In this document: positions 25,077 to 32,988 of the stretch, in pieces
How the letters are laid out: each line of letters begins with the position of its first letter
How positions within the stretch are numbered: the stretch's first letter is position 1
NCBI GenBank assembly: GCA_025465465.1
Contig: JAODND010000091.1
Span: 20,850 to 84,849, forward strand
Source of the DNA: Frankiales bacterium
GTDB lineage: Bacteria; Actinomycetota; Actinomycetes; Mycobacteriales; SCTD01
Direction of reading: 5' to 3'
Length of the DNA stretch: 64,000 bases
Translations under genes and position numbers: made by a program
Notes under the pieces: model-generated
What the model was told of the DNA's origin: nothing
The model's database searches: none
Seen by the model: the letters and a program-made list of their open reading frames with translations, nothing else

Positions 25077-25385
25077 GTGGCCGTCATCCTGAAGCAGGTC
25101 ATGCCCGCGGGAGTGTCGATCGACATGGTCGACGCCGTCACTGAGGAGATGGGCGTCGACAGCTCACCTCCCGCGGGAATGGTCGCCCACACCCACTACG
25201 AGCAGGACGGCCGCGTCCACATCCTCGACGTGTGGGAGTCGGTCGAGGCGCACGAGAGCTTCGCAGGCTCCCGCCTGCTGCCTGCCATGGGCAAGGTGGC
25301 CGCTGCACGAGGCTTCGACATCGCCGCCGCCGGCCCGCCCGAGGTGAGCTACACCGAGGTGCACCGCCTCGTACGAGGGCAGTAG
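25077..25385 (+). CDS. small ferredoxin-fold (ABM/Dabb-like) protein
   Basis: 102 aa. The GTG start is preceded by AGAGGAG. The pattern HILDVWESVEAHESF resembles ABM-domain proteins. The family assignment is tentative. Confidence 0.5.
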   Translation: MAVILKQVMPAGVSIDMVDAVTEEMGVDSSPPAGMVAHTHYEQDGRVHILDVWESVEAHESFAGSRLLPAMGKVAAARGFDIAAAGPPEVSYTEVHRLVRGQ

Positions 25386-25403
25386 CGGACGCCGGACGTT
25401 GGG

Positions 25404-27038
25404 CTAGGGAGCGGGGCTCGGCCCTGACTCGTGGGCGGTTTTCCCATGGTGCTCCAGGGAGATCTCGTCCGAGGAGGACACGCCAGCAGGCAGGTCGACC
25501 GTCATCCTCGGGCCGGTGAACCACTTCTTGGCCGACAGGTGCCAGCCGATCCAGAGCACCAGCAATGCGCCACCGACCACGATGGGGGTGTAGTTGACGT
25601 ACTTCATGCTCGACCAGCCGAAGCCCTTGTACCAGGGGGCTCCTGCAGCCGACGTCGGCAGCAGCGCGATCACCGAGGTCACCACGATCTCGGCGACCGC
25701 CACCAGGCTCATCCATCGGTACTTCCGCCCCAGGTTCCAGGAGCCCGGCGTGAAGCTGTCACCGGCCTTCCAGCGCAGGAAGATCGGAATGGCGAAGGCG
25801 ACGTAGAGGCCTACGACCCCGATCGACACCACGGCGAAGAACGCGACCGGGACGGGCGCTCCGTTGATGTCGACCTTGACCAGCGCCGGGGCGGTCAGCA
25901 GGACGGCGATCACGGCCGAGACCACCACGCCGTAGACCGGCACTCTGTTCTTGTTGAGCTTCGACCAGTACTTCGCGCCAGGCACCGCTCCGTCGCGGCT
26001 GAAGGCGAAGAGCATGCGCGTGGTGCTGGTCATGCACGCGACCGTGCAGAAGAACTGCCCTGCTGTCGAGATGAACAGCACGAGGGTCGCCCAGTTGGGC
26101 GAGAGCGCCTGGCTGAAGATGACACCGACGCCGCCACCTCCGGCTGTCACCCCCTTCTCGTCCTGCACGGCGAACAGGAACGCCAGCAGCAGGATCCAGC
26201 CGCCGATGCCGGAGTAGAAGATGGACCTCCAGATGCCCTTGGCCGCCGAGTCGGCGGCGCTGTGGGTCTCCTCCGAGAGGTGCGCCGACGCGTCGTAGCC
26301 GGTGATCGTGTACTGCGTCAGGATCACCGACAACGGGATGATGCCGAAGAGGAAGCCGACACCGCTGGCGTGACCGCCGAAGAACCCGGTGTTGTTGACC
26401 GTGTCGCTGAAGACCGAGGACGCGCTGGCGTGGTGGCTCGGGACGAACAGCAGGACCAGCACCACCACGGAGGCGCCGACGACGTGCCACCACACCGAGA
26501 TGTTGTTGAGCATCGCCAGCAGGTTGCTGGAGAAGATGTTCACCAGGGACACGAGGAACAGCACGATCAGGAAGATGATGAAGACCCGGTTGAGGCTGTA
26601 GCCGTTGGCCCACGACTTGCTGTACGTGTCGAGCGTGAGGTCGAAGAACGTGGCGCATCCGTAGGCGACCGAGGCATCGATGGCGAGCAGCCCGATCAGG
26701 TTCAGCCAGCCTGTGTAGTAGCCGGCCTTGGCGCCACCGAGCTTGGACGCCCACCAGTAGATCCCTCCCGAGGTCGGAAAGGCGGAGACGAGCTCCGACA
26801 TGCACAAGCCGATCACCAGGATGAATCCCGCCGCGATCGGCCAGCCCCAGGCAATTGCCGCCGGACCGCCGTTGTTCCATCCGACGCCGAACGTCGTGAA
26901 GCAACCGGCGAGGATCGAGATGATCGAGAAGGAGATGGCGAAGTTGGAGAAGCCGGACCAGGATCGGTTCAGCTCCTGCTTGTAGCCAAGCTCGGCAAGC
27001 CGCTTCTCGTCATCGTTGAGCTCGACCGTGTCCGTCAC
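25404..27038 (-). CDS. APC-family amino acid/polyamine/ethanolamine permease
   Basis: The GTG at 27038 is preceded by AGGGAG (VTDTVELNDDEKRLAELGYKQELNRSWSGFSNFAISFSIIS...). The protein has about 12 TM segments. The ORF-track 5' extension was dropped. Confidence 0.9.
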   Translation of the reverse strand: MTDTVELNDDEKRLAELGYKQELNRSWSGFSNFAISFSIISILAGCFTTFGVGWNNGGPAAIAWGWPIAAGFILVIGLCMSELVSAFPTSGGIYWWASKLGGAKAGYYTGWLNLIGLLAIDASVAYGCATFFDLTLDTYSKSWANGYSLNRVFIIFLIVLFLVSLVNIFSSNLLAMLNNISVWWHVVGASVVVLVLLFVPSHHASASSVFSDTVNNTGFFGGHASGVGFLFGIIPLSVILTQYTITGYDASAHLSEETHSAADSAAKGIWRSIFYSGIGGWILLLAFLFAVQDEKGVTAGGGGVGVIFSQALSPNWATLVLFISTAGQFFCTVACMTSTTRMLFAFSRDGAVPGAKYWSKLNKNRVPVYGVVVSAVIAVLLTAPALVKVDINGAPVPVAFFAVVSIGVVGLYVAFAIPIFLRWKAGDSFTPGSWNLGRKYRWMSLVAVAEIVVTSVIALLPTSAAGAPWYKGFGWSSMKYVNYTPIVVGGALLVLWIGWHLSAKKWFTGPRMTVDLPAGVSSSDEISLEHHGKTAHESGPSPAP

Positions 27039-27167
27039 TGCGTTCTCCCTCGCGGTTGGTGAACCAGCTGCGCGTCCTCGATGAGGACCTACGCGATCGC
27101 GTCGGGATCGTAGGCCCGCCCCGGCGCTACGGTCTAGTCCCCAGACCTTTGTTTCGTACGCGCCGCC

Positions 27168-27950
27168 GTGCACCGACAGACGTACGATGCGCGCGTGACC
27201 CCGAGTCCTTCGCCTCCCACCCCGCGGATCGGCCTCACGACCTACCGCGAGTCGGCCGCCTGGGGCGTGTGGAACGAGTCGGCAGATCTGCTCCCGACGA
27301 GCTATGCGCAGGCAGTCGCAAATGCCGGTGGTGTCCCGTTCCTGCTGCCACCGACCAGCACAGATCTGGAGCACGCCGCGGCCACTTCGCTGGATGGTCT
27401 GCACGGGCTAGTCCTGACGGGGGGCCCAGACGTGGACCCTTCCCGATACGCTGCCGCGCCCCATGAGCAGACGGGCGCACCACGCACAGAGCGCGACGAC
27501 TGGGAGACCTGTCTGGCTCATGCAGCCCTCGGGCGCGCCATGCCGGTGCTGGCCATCTGCAGGGGGATGCAGGTCCTCAATGTCGCCCTCGGCGGTGACC
27601 TTGTGCAGCACTTGCCCGACGTCGTCGGCACCGACGAGCACCGTCCGACGGTCGGCCGGCACGGGACGCATGACGTGCGGCTGGCGACCGGCAGCCGGGT
27701 TGGAGAGCTGCTCGGTGACGACAAGTCGGTCCCGACCTATCACCACCAAGCCGTGCATAACCTCGGCGCGGGCCTGGTCGCGACGGCGTGGGCGGCCGAC
27801 GGCACCATCGAGGCGCTCGAGCATTCCGGCTCCGACTGGGTCGTCGCCGTGCAATGGCATCCGGAGGTCCGCGACGGCGCACCGCTGTTCGCTGGATTCG
27901 TGGCAGCTGCCGCCAGCTATGGGATCCGTGCCTCGGCCGCGAGCCCGTGA
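27168..27950 (+). CDS. gamma-glutamyl-amide hydrolase (class I glutamine amidotransferase, peptidase C26, PuuD-like)
   Basis: 260 aa with LVLTGGPDVDP, AICRGMQVLNVALGG and VQWHPE motifs. An alternative start is GTG 27195. Confidence 0.85.
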   Translation: MHRQTYDARVTPSPSPPTPRIGLTTYRESAAWGVWNESADLLPTSYAQAVANAGGVPFLLPPTSTDLEHAAATSLDGLHGLVLTGGPDVDPSRYAAAPHEQTGAPRTERDDWETCLAHAALGRAMPVLAICRGMQVLNVALGGDLVQHLPDVVGTDEHRPTVGRHGTHDVRLATGSRVGELLGDDKSVPTYHHQAVHNLGAGLVATAWAADGTIEALEHSGSDWVVAVQWHPEVRDGAPLFAGFVAAAASYGIRASAASP

Positions 27951-28681
27951 TGGCTGTCGGCAACGTCGAGGCCTTGTGGGCCCGCACCGTCTTCTCACCC
28001 GTCCCCGTGCGCAATGCCTTTGAGGTCACCGTCGAACGGCTGGCGCAGAGCATCCGCCTGGGCGTCCTGGTCGACGCCGAGCGACTGCCGCCGGAACGGG
28101 AGCTGGCCGAGACCTTCGGCGTCAGCCGCGTCACCCTTCGTGAGGCGATCAAGGCGCTTCGCGAGGTGGGCCTCGTGGAGTCCAGACGAGGCAGGGGTGG
28201 CGGCACGTTCGTCGTCTCACCCAAGGTCTCCCGGCCTCGTCCAGCGGAGCAGATCAGTCGCTCCTTCGAGCACTCTTTGGAGGATGCGCTGGCTCTGCGG
28301 CGCGTCGTCGAGCCCGGGGCGGCTGCGCTGGCGGCGACCGGCACGCTGACCGCCACTGACCGGGCAGGCCTGCACCGCTATCTGGCCGAGGCCACCAACT
28401 GCGTGCCCGCGGGCCGGCGGCTCGCTGACTCCCGCCTTCACCTCGCGATCGCAGCGCTGGGCGGCAGCGCTTCGGTCACGGCCGTCGTGGCAGACACCCA
28501 GATGCGGCTCGACGAGTTGCTTCGCGCGATCCCAGTGATACCCGCCAACATCGCGCACTCCAACCGCCAGCACTCGGCGATCGTCGACGCCATCCTCGCT
28601 GGTAAGCCAGACCAGGCACGGACCGAGATGGAAGAGCACGTCGACGGGACCGCTGCGCTGCTGCGTGGCTTCCTGAGCTGA
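27950..28681 (+). CDS. GntR/FadR-family (FCD domain) transcriptional regulator
   Basis: The ATG at 27950 forms a TGATG overlap with the hydrolase stop. The HTH reads LPPERELAETFGVSRVTLREAIKALREVGLVESRRGRGGGTFV. Confidence 0.85.
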   Translation: MAVGNVEALWARTVFSPVPVRNAFEVTVERLAQSIRLGVLVDAERLPPERELAETFGVSRVTLREAIKALREVGLVESRRGRGGGTFVVSPKVSRPRPAEQISRSFEHSLEDALALRRVVEPGAAALAATGTLTATDRAGLHRYLAEATNCVPAGRRLADSRLHLAIAALGGSASVTAVVADTQMRLDELLRAIPVIPANIAHSNRQHSAIVDAILAGKPDQARTEMEEHVDGTAALLRGFLS

Positions 28682-28748
28682 CGCGGGCCTTCGCGTCGCT
28701 GGGGCGTGAAGGTATGGTCATCGGACCTTCGCACGAGAGGTTGCAGGT

Positions 28749-30107
28749 ATGACAGCAGCACCCATGAGCCTCGAGGAGCTACGGGCCCAGGTATCGGACG
28801 ACGCGATCGACACCGTCGTCGTGGCGATCACCGACATGCAGGGACGGCTGCAGGGCAAGCGCATCGACGCGAGCCACTTCCTCGATGACGTGCTCGGTCA
28901 CGGCACGGAGGGCTGCAACTACCTGCTCGCCGTCGACATCGAGATGAATACCGTTGACGGCTACAGCATCTCCTCATGGGACCGCGGTTACGGTGACCTC
29001 GCGATGGCACCTGACCTCGCCACCCTGCGGCGAGTGCCCTGGCAGCCGGGTACGGCGTTGGTGCTCGCCGACGTCGGGTGGCTTGACGGCACCCGTGTTG
29101 CCGAGTCGCCGCGACAGATCCTGCAGCGGCAGGTCGACCGCCTCGCCGAGCGCGGCTGGCTTGCGTACGTGGGGACCGAACTCGAGTTCATCCTCTTCGA
29201 CGACAGCTACGAGGCCGCGTGGGACAAGCACTACGACGACCTGACACCGAGCAGCCAGTACAACATCGACTACTCGATCCTGGGCACGAGTCGCGTCGAG
29301 CCGCTGCTCCGGGCCATCCGGCTCGGGATGCGCGATGCAGGGCTGCAGGTCGAGTCGGCCAAGGGTGAGTGCAACCGCGGACAGCACGAGATCGCCTTCA
29401 AGTACGCGCAGGCGATGACCACCTGCGACAACCACGTGTTCTACAAGAACGGCGCCAAGGAGATCGCCGCTCAGCAGGGCCGGGCTCTCACCTTCATGGC
29501 GAAGTACGACCAGCACGAGGGCAACTCGTGCCACATCCACCTGTCACTGCGGACACCTGAGGGAGAACCGGTGTTCGCCGGCAAGAAGTCGGGTGGCGTG
29601 TCGCCGCTCTATGAGCACTTCGTCGCCGGGCAGCTGGCCGCGATGCGTGAGCTGAGCTTCTGGTTCGCTCCGAACATCAACTCCTACAAGCGGTTCCAGC
29701 CGGGCTCCTTTGCGCCCACTGCTGTGATGTGGGGCTTCGACAACCGGACCTGCGCCGTACGCACCGTCGGGCAGGGCTCCGCCCTGCGCTTCGAGAACCG
29801 GGTGCCCGGCGGTGACGTCAACCCCTATCTCGCCGTTGCCGCGATGATCGCTGCGGGACTGCACGGGGTCGACCACGAACTCGAGCTCGAGCCCGCCTTC
29901 GGCGGCAACGCCTATGTCAGCGACGCGCCGCGGGTGCCGGCCACGCTGCGCGACGCGGCAGAGCTCTGGGGCAACAGCGCCGTCGCCCGCGAGGCGTTCG
30001 GAGACGCGGTTGTCGACCACTACGCCAACGCCGCCAGGGTCGAGATGACCGCGTTCGACGCGGCCGTGACGGACTGGGAACGCGTGCGCAGCTTCGAACG
30101 GATGTAG
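28749..30107 (+). CDS. glnA4: glutamine synthetase-like gamma-glutamyl-amine (ethanolamide/polyamine) synthetase
   Basis: 452 aa of the GS catalytic family (GTELEFILFD, NSCHIHLSL, NSYKR, RFENRVPGGDVNPYL). The gene context (amidotransferase, GS-like enzyme, aldehyde dehydrogenase, SDR) matches the glnA4 loci of Mycobacterium and Streptomyces. Confidence 0.85.
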   Translation: MTAAPMSLEELRAQVSDDAIDTVVVAITDMQGRLQGKRIDASHFLDDVLGHGTEGCNYLLAVDIEMNTVDGYSISSWDRGYGDLAMAPDLATLRRVPWQPGTALVLADVGWLDGTRVAESPRQILQRQVDRLAERGWLAYVGTELEFILFDDSYEAAWDKHYDDLTPSSQYNIDYSILGTSRVEPLLRAIRLGMRDAGLQVESAKGECNRGQHEIAFKYAQAMTTCDNHVFYKNGAKEIAAQQGRALTFMAKYDQHEGNSCHIHLSLRTPEGEPVFAGKKSGGVSPLYEHFVAGQLAAMRELSFWFAPNINSYKRFQPGSFAPTAVMWGFDNRTCAVRTVGQGSALRFENRVPGGDVNPYLAVAAMIAAGLHGVDHELELEPAFGGNAYVSDAPRVPATLRDAAELWGNSAVAREAFGDAVVDHYANAARVEMTAFDAAVTDWERVRSFERM

Positions 30108-30109
30108 CG

Positions 30110-31483
30110 ATGACCGCGAGCTATGACGTCATCAACCCCGCCACCGAGCGGGTCGTGGCCACCGTCGACCAGCTGGACCGCGATGCCACCGACGAGGCGA
30201 TCGCCCGCGCCCGGGCAGCCTTCGTCAGCTGGCGGTCAGTGGCACCTGGCGACCGCGCCCGCCTGCTGCGTCGCTTCGCAGAGGCGGTGGATGCCGACAG
30301 CGAGAACCTCGCCCAGCTGGAGGTGACGAACTCTGGCCACACCCTGAGCAACGCCCGGTGGGAGGCAGGCAACGTCCGCGACGTGATCGCCTACTACTCC
30401 GGCGCGCCGGAGCGCCTGATCGGGCAGCAGATTCCCGTCGCCGACGGGGTGGACGTGACCTTCCACGAGCCACTGGGAGTGGTCGGCGCGATCGTGCCGT
30501 GGAACTTCCCCATGCCGATCGCCTCGTGGGCATTTGCTCCTGCGCTGGCTGCCGGCAACACAGTGGTGCTCAAGCCGGCCGAGCTGACCCCGCTCACGGC
30601 CCTGCGGCTCGCCGAGCTCGCACTCGACGCGGGCATCCCCGAGGACGTGTTCCAGGTGCTGCCAGGCAAGGGCAGCGTCGTCGGCCAGCGCTTCGTCGAC
30701 CATCCCGACGTCGCCAAGATCGTGTTCACCGGGTCGACCGACGTGGGTCGCCTGGTCATGGCGGGCTGCGCACAGCACATCAAGCCGGTCACGTTGGAGC
30801 TCGGAGGCAAGAGCGCCAACGTCGTGTTCGCCGACTCCGACCTCGAGCTCGCCGCGGCCACCGCTCCGTACGCGGTTTTCGACAACGCCGGCCAGGACTG
30901 CTGCGCACGCTCCCGGATCCTCGTCGAGCGCAGCGTCTACGACCGCTTCATGGAGCTGCTCGAGACCGCGGTCAAGGGCATGGTCGTCGGCGATCCGTCG
31001 GACGCCACCTCCGAGATGGGACCGCTGATCAGCGCCTCTCAGCGCGAGCGCGTCGCGGCCTACGTGCCGAACGACGACCAGGTCGCCTTCCGCGGCAGCC
31101 AGCCGTCCGGTCCTGGCTTCTGGTTTGCCCCCACCGTCCTGGCCCCCACCGACCTCACCGACCGGGTCCTGCACGAGGAGATCTTCGGTCCGGTAGCCGC
31201 CGTGGTGCCGTTCGACGACGAGGCAGCGGCGATCCGCATCGCCAACGACAGCGAGTTCGGGTTGTCAGGCTCGATCTGGACGCGCGACGTCGGACGCGCC
31301 CTTCGGGTCAGTCGCGCCATCGAGGCCGGCAACCTCTCGGTGAACTCGCACTCGTCGGTCCGCTACTGGACGCCGTTCGGCGGGTTCAAGTCCTCCGGAC
31401 TGGGCCGCGAGCTCGGTCCCGACGCGCCCTTCGCGTTCACCGAGACCAAGAACGTCTTCATCTCGACCAAGGAGAGCTCATGA
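30110..31483 (+). CDS. NAD(P)-dependent aldehyde dehydrogenase
   Basis: 457 aa with VTLELGGKSANVVF and FDNAGQDCCARSR (catalytic Cys) motifs. Confidence 0.9.
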   Translation: MTASYDVINPATERVVATVDQLDRDATDEAIARARAAFVSWRSVAPGDRARLLRRFAEAVDADSENLAQLEVTNSGHTLSNARWEAGNVRDVIAYYSGAPERLIGQQIPVADGVDVTFHEPLGVVGAIVPWNFPMPIASWAFAPALAAGNTVVLKPAELTPLTALRLAELALDAGIPEDVFQVLPGKGSVVGQRFVDHPDVAKIVFTGSTDVGRLVMAGCAQHIKPVTLELGGKSANVVFADSDLELAAATAPYAVFDNAGQDCCARSRILVERSVYDRFMELLETAVKGMVVGDPSDATSEMGPLISASQRERVAAYVPNDDQVAFRGSQPSGPGFWFAPTVLAPTDLTDRVLHEEIFGPVAAVVPFDDEAAAIRIANDSEFGLSGSIWTRDVGRALRVSRAIEAGNLSVNSHSSVRYWTPFGGFKSSGLGRELGPDAPFAFTETKNVFISTKESS

Positions 31484-32256
31484 GCACACCCGCGGGAAGG
31501 CTCGACGGCAAGGTCGCCGTCGTCACCGGTGCCGGTAGCGGCATCGGACTCGCGACCGCCCGTCGGTTCGCCGCCGAGGGCGCGCGCGTCGTGTGCGTCG
31601 ACATCGACCCCGAGAGCGGCCAGCAGGCAGCAGCGGAGGTCGGCGGGACTTTCGTACGTGCGGATGTCACCTCTGAAGACGACGTCCGGTCGTTGTTCCA
31701 GGGAGTGGTGGACGACTTCGGGCACCTCGACGTCGTGTTCAACAACGCGGGGATCTCACCGCCCGACGACGACTCGATCCTCGACACCGGACTGGAGGCC
31801 TGGCGCCGGGTTCAAGAGGTCAACCTGACGTCGGTCTACCTCTGCTGCAAGTTCGCGATCGAGCACATGCTGGCGGGCGGTGGCGGCTCCATCATCAACA
31901 CCGCGTCCTTCGTCGCCGTCATGGGGTCCGCCACCTCGCAGATCTCCTACACAGCGAGCAAGGGCGGGGTCCTCGCGATGAGTCGCGAGCTCGGGGTGCA
32001 GTTCGCGCGCCAGGGCATCAGGGTCAACGCACTGTGCCCGGGACCGGTGAACACCCCCCTGCTACGGGAGCTCTTCGCCAAGGATCCGGAGCGCGCAGCC
32101 CGACGGCTCGTGCACATCCCGGCCGGTCGCTTCGCCGAGGCGGACGAGATCGCCGCGGCGGTGGCCTTCCTGGCCAGCGACGACGCCTCGTTCATCACCG
32201 CCTCGACCTTCCTGGTCGACGGCGGCATCAGCGGCGCCTACGTCACCCCGATGTAG
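31480..32256 (+). CDS. SDR family oxidoreductase
   Basis: The ATG at 31480 forms an ATGA overlap with the aldehyde dehydrogenase stop. It has GKVAVVTGAGSGIG, NNAG and YTASKGG motifs. The upstream part of ORF 30358..32256 is a frame shadow. Confidence 0.9.
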   Translation: MSTPAGRLDGKVAVVTGAGSGIGLATARRFAAEGARVVCVDIDPESGQQAAAEVGGTFVRADVTSEDDVRSLFQGVVDDFGHLDVVFNNAGISPPDDDSILDTGLEAWRRVQEVNLTSVYLCCKFAIEHMLAGGGGSIINTASFVAVMGSATSQISYTASKGGVLAMSRELGVQFARQGIRVNALCPGPVNTPLLRELFAKDPERAARRLVHIPAGRFAEADEIAAAVAFLASDDASFITASTFLVDGGISGAYVTPM

Positions 32257-32310
32257 CCGGCGCCTGCATCCGGGTGACTGGATCGGTCAGGCGGGAAGCG
32301 GGTGCGATAT

Positions 32311-32988
32311 TCAGGACGTGAATCGATAGCCCATTCCAGGTTCGGTGAGCAGGTGCTTGGGACGTGCGGGGTCGGGCTCGAGTTTCTTGCGAAGCTGTGC
32401 CATGTAGATGCGCAGGTAGCTGGGGTCGGTGTGGTCCGGCTGGCCGCGAAGCGCGATGAGCAGCTGTCGGCTGGTGATGAGCTTCTCGGGGTTGTGCAGC
32501 AGGAGTTCGAGCAGGTGCCACTCGGTCCTGGTCAGGTGGACCGGTTCGCCGGCGACGAGGACCTGCTTGCTGTCCAGGTCGACGGTCACGTCGGCGAAAG
32601 CCACCACCTTGCGTCGCCCGGCATCAGGTGAGCCGCGTCGGGTGGCGGCGCGGAGCCGGGCGAGGAGTTCGTTCATGTCGAACGGCTTGGTGACATAGTC
32701 GTCGGCGCCGAGATCGAGCGCCGCAACCTTGTCGTTGCTGCCGACCCGCGCGGACAGCACCAGGATCGGCACCTGCGAACCGGTTCGGATGGCTCGGATC
32801 ACGTCCAGACCGTCGATGTCGGGGAGCCCGAGGTCGAGCACGACCACCGCAGGTTCATGCAACCCGAACTTGTTGAGGGCGCTCGTCCCGTCCTCAGCGG
32901 TGATCACCTGGTATCCGCGGGCCGTGAGGTTGAGGTGCAGGGCACGCAGCATGGACGGTTCGTCGTCGACGACGAGGACCTCTGTCAT
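32311..32988 (-). CDS. kdpE: OmpR-family response regulator KdpE
   Basis: 225 aa. It has a receiver domain (VVDDEPSM...LDLGLPDIDG) and a winged-helix domain, and sits directly downstream of kdpD with an overlap. Confidence 0.9.
   Translation of the reverse strand: MTEVLVVDDEPSMLRALHLNLTARGYQVITAEDGTSALNKFGLHEPAVVVLDLGLPDIDGLDVIRAIRTGSQVPILVLSARVGSNDKVAALDLGADDYVTKPFDMNELLARLRAATRRGSPDAGRRKVVAFADVTVDLDSKQVLVAGEPVHLTRTEWHLLELLLHNPEKLITSRQLLIALRGQPDHTDPSYLRIYMAQLRKKLEPDPARPKHLLTEPGMGYRFTS

Noticed and set aside
25431-27062. 543-aa plus-strand ORF antisense to the APC permease; similar cases at 36654-38042 and 60424-61755
   Set aside because: Their composition is low-complexity and Arg/Asp/Gly-rich, with no domain signatures. 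The opposite strand encodes unmistakable membrane and ATPase/kinase proteins.
27088-27147. Candidate GntR operators in the permease/hydrolase gap: CCTACG...CGTAGG with an inner CGCGATCGCG (27092-27101), and GGTCT-N7-AGACC (27131-27147)
   Set aside because: Short GC-rich palindromes are expected by chance at this base composition. There is no second copy or known consensus to compare against, so I kept them only as a note.
30358-31479. Upstream 374 codons of the 632-aa ORF 30358..32256
   Set aside because: This is an alternative-frame shadow of the aldehyde dehydrogenase gene, and the translation is Arg/Pro-rich. The SDR begins at the ATG at 31480, overlapping the aldehyde dehydrogenase stop.
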